Source: Okamejei kenojei | Taxonomy: Eukaryota | Reading direction: 5' to 3' | Assembly: GCA_035221665.1 (NCBI GenBank) | Contig: CM069140.1 | Coordinates: forward strand, 5,022,001 to 5,086,000 | DNA: 64,000 bases | Shown: positions 22,922-34,855 of the stretch, piece after piece | How the letters are laid out: every line of letters starts with the position of its first letter | Position numbering within the stretch: the stretch's first letter is position 1 | The notes under the pieces: model-generated | Seen by the model: the letters and a program-made list of their open reading frames with translations, nothing else | The model's database searches: none | Told to the model about the DNA's origin: nothing | Position numbers and translations under genes: made by a program

Positions 22922-25900
22922 ATGGAGCTCAAACTGGCATCTTTAAACGTACGCAGTATAAAGAGCACTGCGCGATGTGTTAATGCCTTACAGTACCTGG
23001 CCAAGGTCAAGGCAGATGTGACTTTTCTTCAGGAGTGTGGGCTGCCACACCTCCGCTGCTATCGGAGGTGGTCGCGATGGTGGCCCCACGGACTGTCGGT
23101 GTGGTCGGGGGGAAATGACTGTCGTGCTTCCGGCCTGGGGATTTTGCTGCGGGGAGGGAACTTCACCATCACTGAGGTCAAGGAAGTGGTTGGAGGGCGT
23201 CTCCTCGTGGTGGATGTTATGTACCATGGCTCTCCGCTCCGGCTGATAAATGTGTATGCTCACCCACGCAGAGCGAGCGGCTGGCCGTTCTCCAGCAGCT
23301 CCCAGTGCTGCTGGCCACGTCCCGGCAGCTCGTTCTGGCCGGTGACTTCAACTGCATCATTGATGCGGCTGGACGATCCGGCAGTGCCGACAGCAGACTG
23401 GACAGCACGTCCAAGTTTCTGATGGAGATGGTAAAAGACGCAAAGCTGCGTGACGCCTTCAGCGACCCTGCAGGCGGGTCCCAGCCGCAGTTCACTTGGT
23501 CGAGATCGGACGGTTTAGCCCGATCTCGGATAGACTTTGTCTTCACGACGAAGGCCGTCATGGTGAGACACACTGACCTCAAGCCAGTGTTCTTCTCCGA
23601 CCACTGCCTCCATCAGGCTTCCTGTCACCTACAGGAGGACCGGAAGGCAGGCAGAGGGACGTGGAAGTTAAACACGAAACTGTTGACCCCAGAGAATGTC
23701 AAGGAGCTAAAGAGGGACTACGCATGTTGGAGAACGGTGAAGCCCCTCTTTGACTCCCCCACACTCTGGTGGGAAGCAACCAAGGAGAACATTAAGAGTT
23801 TCTTCATAATTAAAGCGGTTCAGAGAGCAAGACAGAGTCAGAGGGGAATTGTGCCAACTCCAGACAGATTTGCAGCAACTGCTCCTTCTGCAGTCGAGCG
23901 GGGTGGATGTGAGGGAGGAACTTAGAGAGTTGAAGGACCGGCAAGCTCAGCTCTTCACCTCTGAATCCTCCAAGATCATCTTCCGATCTAGGGTCCGCCA
24001 TGTGTGGAGCAGGATGAGACGTGCTCACGTTTCTTCTTCCATAAGGTTCACAGGGGGAGCTCTGTGATGAACAGCCTTATGGAGGAGGACGGCACGGTAG
24101 CATCCTCACAGACAGACATGCTGAGGATCTGCAAATCCTTTTACACAGATTTGTATGACCAAAAGACCACAGACAGTACCTCCTCCCAGAACTTCCTGTC
24201 CTCAATCACGGAGGTCTTGGAGACAGCAAGCGGGAGAGTCTGGACCCCAACCACTGACCCTAGAGGAACTGACTGGCTCCATCCGTTCCTTTGACTCGAA
24301 TAAAAACTCCCGGAAGCGATGGCTTACCGGCCGAGTTGTATTTGGCTCTGTGGGACTGGATGGGCCCGGACCTGCTAGAAGTGTACAACGACATGCTTCT
24401 GGCTGGTAGCATGTCAGACTCCATGAGGAAGGGCAACATCAGCCTAATCTACAAGCAGAAGGGGGAGATGAAGGACATAAAGAATTGGAGACCCATAACA
24501 CTCTTGAATGTAGACTACAAGATCCTGTCTAAGGCCATCGCCAACCGGGTCAAGTCTGTTCTGGGACAGGTGATCCACCCGGACCAAACCTGTGCTGTAC
24601 CTGGCAGGAAAATCTCAGACAGCCTAGCGCTGCTGAGAGATACCATCGCCTACGTGCAGGACAGACGGGTGGATGCCTGCCTAGTCAGCTTGGACCAGGA
24701 GAAGGCCTTCGACAGGATTTCGCACACGTACATGAGGGACGTGCTCTCCAAAATGGGTTTTGGGGAGGGAATCAGAAATTGGATCAAACTGCTCTACACC
24801 AACATCCATAGTGCAGTCCAAATCAATGGGTGGGAATCAGACAGTTTCCCTGTAAGGTCTGGAGTTAGGCAGGGTTGCCCTCTCTCTCCTGTCTTGTTTG
24901 TCTGCTGTATTGAACCTTTTGCTGAATCCATCAGGAAGGATGCGAGCATAAGAGGAGTGACATTGCCAGGCAGTGGGGGCATTCAAGTAAAGACCTCCTG
25001 TACATGGACGATGTTGCTGTCTTCTGCTCGGATCCAGGGTCGGTCTGCAGACTGATTAGTATCTGCGACCAGTTTGAGTCGGCCACGGGAGCCAGGGTGA
25101 ACCGCAGGAAGAGCGAGCCATGCTCTTTGGCAGCTGGCCCGACAGATCTTCCGTCCCCTTCACCATCAAGCCTGACTTCTTGAAGGTGCTGGGGATCTGG
25201 TTCGGGGGGGCTGAGGCATGTAACAAAAATTGGCTGGAGCGGATAGCCAGGGTGGGGAGGAAGCTGGAGCTGTGGGAGGCAACGCTCCCTCTCCATAACG
25301 AGAAAAGAATTTGGTCATCAGGTGTGAGGTGCTCTCGGGGCTGCTGTACTTGGCACAAGTGTGGCCTGTCCCTCCCTCATACGCCACAGGGATCACCCGG
25401 GCCATCTTCCAGTTCATCTGGGGGTCGAGGATGGACCGGGTGCGACGGGCCACAATGTACAAGTCGGCAGACAACGGGGGTAAAAAAGCGTGCCCAACGT
25501 CGCCCTCATTCTGATGGCCACCTTCGTGTGTGGCTGCATCAGGCGGAGTGTAGAGCCAAGGCACGTGGGCACCAAGTGTCACTACCTGCTGAGGTTCTAC
25601 CTGTCCCGGTGTTGAGAAGGATGGGCCTGGCGCAGGTGCCCACGCAATGTGCCAGTCAGCTGGACATTGCCGCCCCATCTGTCGTCGGTGGAAGGGTTCT
25701 TCCGGGACCAACACCTTTGACCACATGTCCATCGGGCAGTGGTCAGCACAGAATGTCCTGCAGGCACTGCAGGGAATGGACTCTATGGACCCGGTGGCAT
25801 GGTTCCCTGAGCAGACTGCCCAGCTCGTCTGGCAAAATGCCTCATCGCCAGAACTCACCAACAAGCACCAAGACCTGGCTTGGCTGGCGGTGAGGGGAGC

Positions 25901-26338
25901 CCTCCCAGTCAGATCCTTCCTGCACCGTCGGAACCTCACTACCAGCGCACGCTGCCCTCGGGACGGCTGCTATGGCGAGGAGACGGTTGCCCACCTCTTT
26001 ACAGAATGTGGGTTTGCTAAAAGAGTCTGGAGAAAAATGCAAGGTTCCCTGGTTACGCTTTATCCCGAACAGCTCCGTCACAGAGGACTCTGTGATTTAC
26101 GGACTGTTCCCAGGGACACATTCAGAGACTGACATCGAGTGCTGCTGGAGGGTCATCAACTCGGTAAAAGACGCCCTTTGGTCTGCCCGAGCATTGTTCA
26201 CCACCCAGCAGAGCGAGATGTCCGTCAGGGAATGTTTGCCGACTGGCCCGCTGCAGACTGCAGGAGTACGTGCTGAGGGACGCACTGAAGCTCGGTGCAG
26301 CCAACGCCAAGGCTCGGTGGGGGAGGGCCACAGTCTAA
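22922..26338 (+). pseudogene. Tx1/Keno ORF2 (endonuclease + reverse transcriptase), many 1-nt frameshifts
   Basis: SLNVRS, FLQEC, GDFNC, SDH (APE); NWRPITLLNVDYKI, DQEKAFD, GVRQGCPLSP, YMDD (RT); CPRDGC..EETVAHLF.EC. Confidence 0.9.
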
Positions 26339-26611
26339 GGCCCTTCCGCTGCTGGACATGGGGGGCACGGTATGGTGGAGACGCCCCTCAATATAAGGGA
26401 AGGTATCCCACGCCACTGTGGCATGAGTGGGGGACTGATTTGTGGAAATTTGGGGGAAAGAAATGTCTAAACTGTATTGATCTATTGTACAGCCTCCGAA
26501 AATGTCGGATGGATTTTCCGCAAGGTTAATGTATTGTATATATTTATCATTCGAATAAAGTATATTTTGAAATAAAATTTTTTTTAAAAAAAGACCGGTC
26601 TCTCTCAGGGG

Positions 26612-26787
26612 GGATATCTGTACACTGACCGGTCTCTCTCAGTCCTCTCTCTCAGGGGGATATCTGTACACTGACCGGTGAACCTGAGCCCCTCTCTCCC
26701 AAGGGGATATCTACATTGACAGGTGTCCCTCTCTCTCAGGGGCATATCTGTACACCGACTTTTAACTCAGACCCTCACTGGGGTATC
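26612..26787 (+). repeat. Direct duplicate of 21329-21505 flanking the Keno element (putative long TSD)
   Basis: ~176 bp, including the non-unit segment GGTGAACCTGAGCCCC...CCTCACTGGGGTATC; about 7 differences between the copies. Confidence 0.8.
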
Positions 26788-26939
26788 TGAGTGACCTCTT
26801 GCTCCACAAAGTGTTCAGCATTGTAATGAGTGGATGGAGCAGAGTGTGATCAATCTTTAATCCGGACCTCATCATTGCCCCTCCACCCGCCGCCTGTTGT
26901 GGAGACAAACATCTTTTGGGGAATTGAACTGGGTGCTGG

Positions 26940-27060
26940 GGGCAGGGGCAGGGACAGGGACAGGAAGCCGCGCCTCTGGTTTCAGTGGGTGGGAACCTGT
27001 TCAAGCCGCGGCTCCCCCTCTCTCTCACAGCTCACTTGCCTATTTAAACAGCGCTGACTG
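26940..27060 (+). promoter_or_regulatory. Putative IgW VH promoter
   Basis: TATTTAAA at 27041-27048, ~80 nt upstream of the leader ATG; E-box CACTTG 27033-27038; Ets-like CAGGAAG 26961; no ATGCAAAT octamer seen. Confidence 0.55.
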
Positions 27061-27120
27061 CGGCTCCGGACAAAGCCACCCCTTCCTGGAGTGTCCAAGT
27101 GTGTGTCAGTGCTCAGAGTG

Positions 27121-27166
27121 ATGGGGGTCGTTGCTTATCTCTGTCTCCTTCTGTCCTGTCTGCCAG
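27121..27166 (+). pseudogene. IgW: IgW VH leader exon (MGVVAYLCLLLSCLPG)
   Basis: 46-nt hydrophobic exon, phase-1 donor GTGGGT, 101-nt intron ending TTTTATTGGCAG. Confidence 0.9.
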
Positions 27167-27267
27167 GTGGGTGTCGTCCCCACTCGGGGCCGGGCTGCTT
27201 CTCGGACACTCTTTCACCCTCTGCCTCTTCAACTGTTTATTCAACTTTGTTTATCTTTTATTGGCAG

Positions 27268-27573
27268 GCGTTCGATGCGCGGTCGCGCTGAATCAGACCC
27301 CGACCCCGGAGAGTCCCACAAACTGACCTGTGCAACCAGCGGGCTCAGCCTCAGCAGTACAGCGTGCACTGGGTGAAGCAGGTCCCCGGGAAAGGGCTGG
27401 AGTGGGTGGGGGTAGTGTGGTATAACGGTGACAACAATTACACGCCTGCCGATTCGAGGTTTCCAAGGACAGCAGCAACGTCTATCTCCAAATGAACGGC
27501 CTGAGTCTGAGCTATCACTGTGCGTAACTTTGACTACTGGGGTGCAGGAACCTCGCACAGTGACGGTGACCAG
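27268..27573 (+). pseudogene. IgW: Pre-joined VH-JH exon, frameshifted
   Basis: Across frames: [96 protein letters not shown], then donor GTAAT. Confidence 0.9.
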
Positions 27574-28487
27574 GTAATGGCCCTGTCTCACGGTGCGAGT
27601 CATCCCACGAGTGACCCCAAGTGAAAGAAAAAAAACAGACTCGTGGTTATGTACGAGATTTCAAGTTTATGATCAAGTGTTGAACCGAGTTCCCACGGGT
27701 ATGTCATTGCTGCGATGTTCCAAGTTCCTCTCCTGAGTTACCAAGTTCCTCTCCCGTTACTCTTGAGCCAATCGTGAATGAAGGTAAGTGTGTGAGGGTG
27801 TGAGAAGTCCATGCCGGGTGCCGGCCGCAGCCGCTGTTCTTTCACATCAGTTGCACATCAGATTGTTGGGAGACGGACCTCAGGGGTCGCCTCCTGAGCT
27901 GCTTTGGTGCCCAGGCGTAAGTTGAGGTGGAGGGTGGTTGGGGGTGGGGGGTGACAGACAAGGCTCTTGGGTGCTGGGATCATTCTCTGCGGGATGGTTA
28001 GCGCGGGAGACATGTGTAGGAGAGGTGCGCTGTCTGCAGGCAGACACTTTGGTAGTGATTGCCCACCAGCCTCAAAAGCCGCTGTGTTTCCCTGTCCCTA
28101 TGATAGCAGGGTGCAATCAAGCAGCACAATACCCCTCCCCCTCTACGCCAACACAAAGGGCAACGATCCCAAGGCTTTAGGGGCAGAAACAGCGGACAGG
28201 CGACAATCACCCGCCATAACGCGAGAGAGATCATGCGCTATTGTAGGTCTTCTTTGCACGTCGGTGTTTCTGTATTTCTCCATCTCATTGTTGGCCCTGA
28301 CTGTCACCAACCCCACCCCCACCTCTCTGCTTCCCGGCCATGTGTGTGACCCCTTCCCTCCCCTCTCCAGCTCCCTGTCCATTGCACCGGGCGCGGGGGC
28401 TTCGCACCGTCTTCATGTTGGCGACGATCCCAAGGCTTTGGACGGGAAGGCAGACGCAACAAGCTGGAGTAACAACGCGGGCCAGGT

Positions 28488-31400
28488 AACATAGAAACAT
28501 AGAAACATAGAAATTAGGTGCAGGAGTAGGCCATTCAGCCCTTCGAGCCTGCACCGCCATTCAATATGATCATGGCTGATCATCCAACTCAGTATCCCGT
28601 ACCTGCCTTCTCTCCATACCCTCTGATCCCCTTAGCCACAAGGGCCACATCCAACTCACTCTTAAATGAACTGGCCTCAACTACCCTCTGTGGCAGAGAG
28701 TTCCAGAGACTCACCACTCTCTGTGTGAAAAAAGTCTTTCTCATCTCGGTCTTAAAGGATTTCCCCCTTATCCTTAAGCTGTGACCCCTTGTCCTGGACT
28801 TCCCCAACATCGGGAACAATCTTCCTGCATCTAGCCTGTCCAACCCCTTAAGAATTCTCTGCACTCCCTCTATGGCAATAATGTCCTTCCTCAGATTTGG
28901 AGACCAAAACTGTACGCAATACTCCAGGTGTGGTCTCACCAAGACCCTGTACAACTGAAGTAGAACCTCCCTGCTCCTGTACTCAAATCCTTTTGCTATG
29001 AAAGCTAAACATACCATTCGCTTTTTTCACTGCCTGCTGCACCTGCATGCCTACTTTCAATGACTGGTGTACCATGACACCCAGGTCTCGCTGCATCTCC
29101 CCTTTTCCTAATCGGCCACCATTTAAATAATAGTCTGCTTTCCTGTTTTTGCCACCAAAGTGGATAACCTCACATTTATCCACATTATACTGCATCTGCC
29201 AAACATTTTGCCCACTCACCCAGCTATCCAAGTCACCTTGCAGTCTCCTAGTATCCTCCTCACAGCTAACACTGCCCCCCAGCTTAGTGTCATCTGCAAA
29301 CGTGGGGATATTGCCTTCAATTCCCTCATCCAGATCATTAATATATATTGTAAATAGCTGGGGTCCCAGCACTGAGCCCTGCGGTAACCCCACTAGTCAC
29401 TGCCTGCCATTGTGAAAAGGACCCGTTTACTCCTACTCTTTGCTTCCTGTTTGCCAGCCAGTTCTCTATCCACATCAATAACTGAACCCCTAATACCGTA
29501 TGCTTTAAGTTTGTATACTAATCTCTTATGTGGGACCTTGTCGAAAGCCTTCTGGAAGTCCAGATATACCACATCCACTGGTTCTCCCTTATCCACGCTA
29601 CTAGTTACATCCTCGAAAAATTCCACAAGATTCGTCAGGCATGATTTACCTTTCGTAAATCCATGCTGACTTTGTCCAATGATTTCACCACTTTCCAAAT
29701 GTGCTGCTATCCCATCTTTAATAACTGACTCTAGCAGTTTCCCCACTACCGATGTTAGACTAACTGGTCTGTAATTCCCCGTTTTCTCTCTCCCTCCCTT
29801 CTTAAAAAGAGGGGTTACATTTGCTACCCGCCAATCCTCAGGAACTACTCCAGAATCTAAAGAGTTTTGAAAGATTATCACTAATGCATCCACTATTTCC
29901 TGAGCTACATCCTTAAGTACTCTGGGATGCAGCCTATCTGGCCCTGGGGATTTATCGGCCTTTAATCTATTCAATTTACCCAACACCACTTCCCGACTGA
30001 CCTGGATTTCACTCAATTCCTCCTTTGACCCACAGTCCCCTGCTATTTCAGGCAGATTATTTATGTCTTCCTTAGTGAAGACGGAACCAAAGTAGTTATT
30101 CAATTGGTCCGCCATATCCTTGTTCCCCATGATCAACTCACCTGTTTCTGACTGCAAGGGACCTACATTTGTTTTAACTAACCTCTTTCTCTTCACATAT
30201 ATATAAAAACTTTTGCAGTCAGTTTTTTATGTTCCCTGCCAGTTTTCTTTCATAATCTATTTTTTCCTTTCCTAATTAAGCCCTTTGTCCTCCTCTGCTG
30301 GTCTCTGAATTTCTCCCAGTCCTCTGGTATGCTGCTTTTTCTGGCTACTTTGTACGCATCATCCTTTGCTTTGATACTATCCCTGATTTCCCTTGTTATC
30401 CACGGATGCACTACCTTCCCCGATTTATTCTTTTGCCAAACTGGGATGAACAATTTTTTTAGTTCATCCATGCAGTCTTTAAATGTCTTCCATTGTATAT
30501 CCACCGTCAACCCTTTTAGAATTAATTGCCAGTCAATCTTGGCCAATTCACGTCTCATACCCTCAAAGTTACCTTTCTTTAAGTTCAGAACCATTGTTTC
30601 TGAATTAACAATGTCACTCTCCATCCTAATGAAGAACTCAACCATATTATGGTCACTCTTGCCCAAGGGGGGCACGTACAACAAGACGGCTAATTACCCC
30701 TTCCTCATTACTCAAAACCCAGTCTAAAATAGCCTGCTCTCTCGTTGGTTCCTCTACATGTTGATTTAGATAACTATCCCGCATACATTCCAAAAAAATC
30801 CTCTTCCTCAGCACCCCTGCCAATTTGATTAACCCAATCTATATGTAGATTGAAGACACCCATTATAACTGTTTTGCCTTTGTCGCACGCATTTCTAATT
30901 TCCTGTTTGATACCATCCCCAACTTCTCTGCTACTGTTAGGTGGCCTGTACACAACACCCACCAGCGTTTTTCTGCCCCTTAGTGTTTTGTAGCTCTACC
31001 CATACCGATTCCACATCCTCCAAGCTAATGTCCTTCCTTTCCATTGCGTTAATCTCCTCTCTAACCAGCAACGCTACCCCACCTCCTTTTCCTTTCTCTC
31101 TATCCCTCCTGAATATTGAATATCCCTGGATGTTCAGCTCCCAGCCTACGTCACCCTGGAGCCATGTCTCCGTGATCCCAACTATATCATAATCATTAAT
31201 ATCTATCTGCACGTTCAACTCGTCCACCTTATTACGAATACTCCTTGCATTGAGACACAAAGCCTTCAGGCTTGTCTTTACAACGCACTTACCCCTTATA
31301 CAATTTTGCTGAAAAGTGGCCCTTTTTGATTTTTGCCCTGGTTTTGTCTGCCTGCCACTTTTACTTTTCACCTTGCTACCTATAACTTCTACCCTCATTT

Positions 31401-31722
31401 TACACCCACCTGCCTCTCTGCTCTTGTACCCATCCCCCTGCCACATTAGTTTTAAATCCTCCTCGACAGCACTAGCAAACACTCCCCCAAGAACATTGGT
31501 TCCATTCCATTCCAGGTGCAAACCGTCCTGTTTGTACCGGTCCCACCTCCCCCAGAACTGGTCCCAGTGCCCTAAAAAATTTGAATCCCTCCCCTTGCAC
31601 CACTTTTCAAGCCATGTATTCATTTGCAATATCCTCCTATTTCTACTCTGACTGGCCCGTGGTACTGGTAGTAATCCGGAGATTACTACCTTTGAGGTCC
31701 TACTTTTAAGTTTATCTCCTAA
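28488..31722 (-). mobile_element. Long CR1 LINE (ORF1 esterase C-terminus + ORF2 APE/RT), nested in the Harbinger element
   Basis: ORF1 SGNH-like VVISGLLP...DGLHL; ORF2 CLNARS, GITETWL, YRPP, SDH, NYRPVSLTS, PQGSVLGP, FADD; tail (CATAGAAA)n; ~130-bp internal deletion near 28857. Confidence 0.92.
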
Positions 31723-31895
31723 GAACATCTCTGGAGAAGGTGACGTTTTGGATAAGGGCTCGTCTTCTGAAGAAGGATCTCGACCCGAAAAGTCACCTAT
31801 TCCTTCTCTCCAGAGTTGCTGCCTGACCCGCTGAGTTACTCCAGCTTTTTCGTTGAATGGGTGACGTTTCGGGTCGAGACCCTTCTTCGGACTGA
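31722..31895. mobile_element. Cluster of Penelope-like hammerhead-motif repeats in alternating orientation
   Basis: CTGAAGAAGGATCTCGACCCGAAAAGTCACC (+) and the reverse complement of CCGAAGAAGGGTCTCGACCCGAAACGTCACC (-). Confidence 0.55.
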
Positions 31896-32169
31896 AAATA
31901 AAACTTGCCTCGCTTGAAGCAGCTTGTAAATTAAAACATAAAATCAAGAAATATTAAAGGTCGACTCATTTATGTGCTGTATTCATTCACCTGGCCTATT
32001 GCTGTCCTCCCTCGTCCACCGTGAGCACTGGACAACTCACCGGATGGAAACCTCCGCTGCATCCCGGGCGGAGGGCGATGATCACTGGACTGACCGGCAA
32101 GTAGAGGCGGCGGGTCGGCCAAGCCCGGCTCCCCGCCACCGGGATAGACACCAACTACTGGACTAAAGC

Positions 32170-32680
32170 TCAGCAGGATCTCTGGAGAAGTCTGAAGTAA
32201 GGTCTCGACCCGAAATCTCACCCATCCCATCTCTCCAGAGATGCTGCCTGTCCCTCGGAGTTACTCCAGCATTGTGTGTGTCTATCTCGGTGTGAACCAG
32301 CATCTGCAGTTCCTTCCCAATCCCACACTCTCGGCCCCGGGGGGTGGATGGAGCATCACACGTGGACACATCCCACCCACCACCCCAGACTTGCCCCTTC
32401 GGCAGGTCTTTAACCGCGTCCTCATGAGACAGAGTGACGAATACGAAGCCACGGGGCAGGCGCCTCAGTAATAAAGGACAAGTGGCAGATCATCGCAAAA
32501 GGCCGAAGATAGACACAAAATGCTGGAGTAACTCAGCAGGACAGGCCGCATCTCTGGAGAGAAGGAATGGGTGGCATTTCGGGTAAGTCTGAAGAAGGGT
32601 CTCGACTCTATTCCTTCTCTCCAGAGATGCTGCCTGGTCCGCTGAGTTACTCCAGCATTTTGTGTCTATCTTTGGTTCAG
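32170..32680. mobile_element. Further Penelope-like hammerhead-motif repeats (32170-32315 and inverted pair 32500-32680)
   Basis: Same family arms and cores. Confidence 0.55.
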
Positions 32681-33204
32681 TCTTTACTCGAGCAAAAGAA
32701 CAGATTATTAAAGTTCCCACGGTAGACTCACGAGACACTAAGATAAACGCACGGGCCACTACGTTATTACGAGTTTAAATGTTTCCATTTTTAACTTGAA
32801 CAGTTAATTTGACTCGTGGAAAAAATCAAACATGTTTGATTTTTTTCACGAGTTAACAAGTTTCCCGAGTACCTGCCGTTAGCGCCACGAGTCGATAAGT
32901 TGCTCGTGCGAGTTCCGACGTTCCCGCTACGTGATCACCACGAGTGAAAACTCGGGGTCACTCGTGGGCCAACTCGCACAGTGAGACAGGGGTTTAAGAC
33001 CAATTCCTCAATACCCAGTTGTGTTTTATTAATTTATGGTCTTTGCGAATTCTGTCATTGACCTGAACTCGGTGAGATATTTGGAACAATTGCACGGGTT
33101 TCCCGGAGACAGGCGGGTTTCTCCGGAGTTAGAATCTACCCAGCAACAGTACATTCCCACAGCGTTGAACTGCCCCACAGGCTGTTCTGTCCCTGAGATT
33201 CGCC

Positions 33205-34500
33205 ATTATCTGCCTTCAGTCCATCTTGTGCATGCCGACCAAGCTGGCTTTCTGGGCTCGTCCCATTGACCACATATCCTTCTCATCCATAGACCGGATT
33301 TTTTTGATCATCGTAATTCTATCTGCTTTTATAGTTTCCTCTGGCAACTCATTCCAGATACTGCCGACCCAATGTGAATAAAAATGCCCCTGAAGTCCCC
33401 TTTTAAATATCTCGCCACGCACCGTACGCCTGTGCCCTCTTGTTTTAGAAACCTCCATCCTGGGAAAAAGCCTGTGAGCGTGCACCTCATCCATGCCCCT
33501 CATGATCTTGTTTACCTCAATAAGGTTGCCGCCTAGTCCTTTGCTCCAAAGGGAAAAAAAACACCTTATCCTCCCTCTCCCTAAAACAGAACCCACATGT
33601 CCAGACAATATCCTGGTGAATCTTTTCCAAGTTCTTTCCAATATAATGACACCCTGTAGCTGGATGACCAGATCTGCACAGTACTTACTCCAAGCGTGGT
33701 CTCACCAATGACCTGTACAGCTGCATCATCATGTCCCAACTTTTATACTCGGTACCCTTCCCATTGAAGGCAGTCTGCCAACAGCCACCCCAGCTCCCTG
33801 TCCACCTAACTCTCCACTCTCAGAGAACCATGCCCCTGCATTTCCACATCTGTCTGTTCTACAACATTCTCCAGGCTCTACCATTTACTGTGGAAGTCTA
33901 GCCCTGGTTTGATCTACCAAAGTTCAACACCGCCTCACTTGTCAGAGTTAAATTACATTTGGCATTCCTTGGCTCCCCTTCCCAACTGATCTAGATCTTC
34001 TTGTAAACTTATCCTTCTCACTGTCCACTCATGCACTGATTTTAGTTTAATCTGCAAACTTACTATCAATGTCCACTATATTGTATGGCAAACTGTTAAT
34101 GTAGATAACCAACAACAGTGGTCTCAGCACTGGTCCCTGCAGCAGTCCACTTCCTCCAAGCTAATTTAGCTAATGTAGGGTTTCATGTGATCTAACCTTC
34201 CACGCCAGCCCACCATGCCAGACCTTGTTGAACCTTATCAGGTTCATGAGGCACAATTTCCCCAACACAAGCCATGCTGTCCCTAATCCTTGGCCCACCC
34301 TCCCAAGTGATCTAGATCTTGTAAACTTAGGTCTATCCCTAATCAATGCGTGCCTATCCAAATACTGGTAGTTCCTGTCCCTAAGGACATTCCCACCAAT
34401 GACGTCAGGCTCACTGGTGTAGATCCCTGGCTTGGCCCTAATGTCCTTCTTCAATTACGCTTCAGTATCAGCCACCCTCCAGTCTTTTGGAGATTAATCT
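33205..34500 (-). mobile_element. Old degraded CR1 LINE
   Basis: ORF 33216-33641 resembles the CR1 ORF2 C-terminus; degraded RT upstream. Confidence 0.7.
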
Positions 34501-34549
34501 GCCTGTTTCCACACCATCAATCTATGACGCTATGACTGCAGTACCTGCT

Positions 34550-34855
34550 CCCGCAAAGCGATCCCATCAAACACATCCAGGGCTGACGGAGCACGAGTCA
34601 AATGCAGAATAAATCTCCCCATGTCATTGTGCTGTCAGCTACAGATTAGATACATCTGGGCTGTCCCAACGCTCCCAGGGAAGGGACAGCACAGGTTAGA
34701 CAAGGAGTGAGGCTCCTTCCAACCTGTCCCCACACACACCCAGGTTAGACACTGAGTGAAGTTCCCTCTACACTGTTACATACTCCCAGTGCAGGGACAG
34801 AGTGCTTGACACAGGGTCAAGCTCCCTCTACATTGCTCTGTCAAACACTCCTTGT
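34550..34855 (+). repeat. Degenerate ~55-65-bp tandem repeat (AGGTTAGA.ACAGAGT.AAGCTCCCTCTACACTGT...AAACACTCC)
   Basis: About 5 diverged units visible. Confidence 0.55.

Larger units (their letters stand above)
21503..26592 (+). mobile_element. Near full-length Tx1-clade (Keno-like, U2-associated) non-LTR retrotransposon
   Basis: U2-derived 5' end, ORF1 with CCHC knuckles, ORF2 with APE + RT + zinc finger, AATAAA and an A/T tail. Confidence 0.9.
27578..32994. mobile_element. PIF/Harbinger-type element with nested insertions, inserted in the JH splice donor
   Basis: ~45-bp imperfect TIRs (TGGCCCTGTCTCACGGTGCGAGT...CCCACGAGTGACCCC / GGGGTCACTCGTGGG...ACTCGCACAGTGAGACAGGGGTT); TAA at 27575-27577 and 32995-32997. 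Confidence 0.8.

Noticed and set aside
27556-27562. Functional RSS at CACAGTG (also 32977 and ~39888)
   Set aside because: No ACAAAAACC-like nonamer at 12 or 23 nt.
32400-32500. Myb/SANT-like KDKWQIIAK inside the Harbinger element
   Set aside because: Too short to support without a search.
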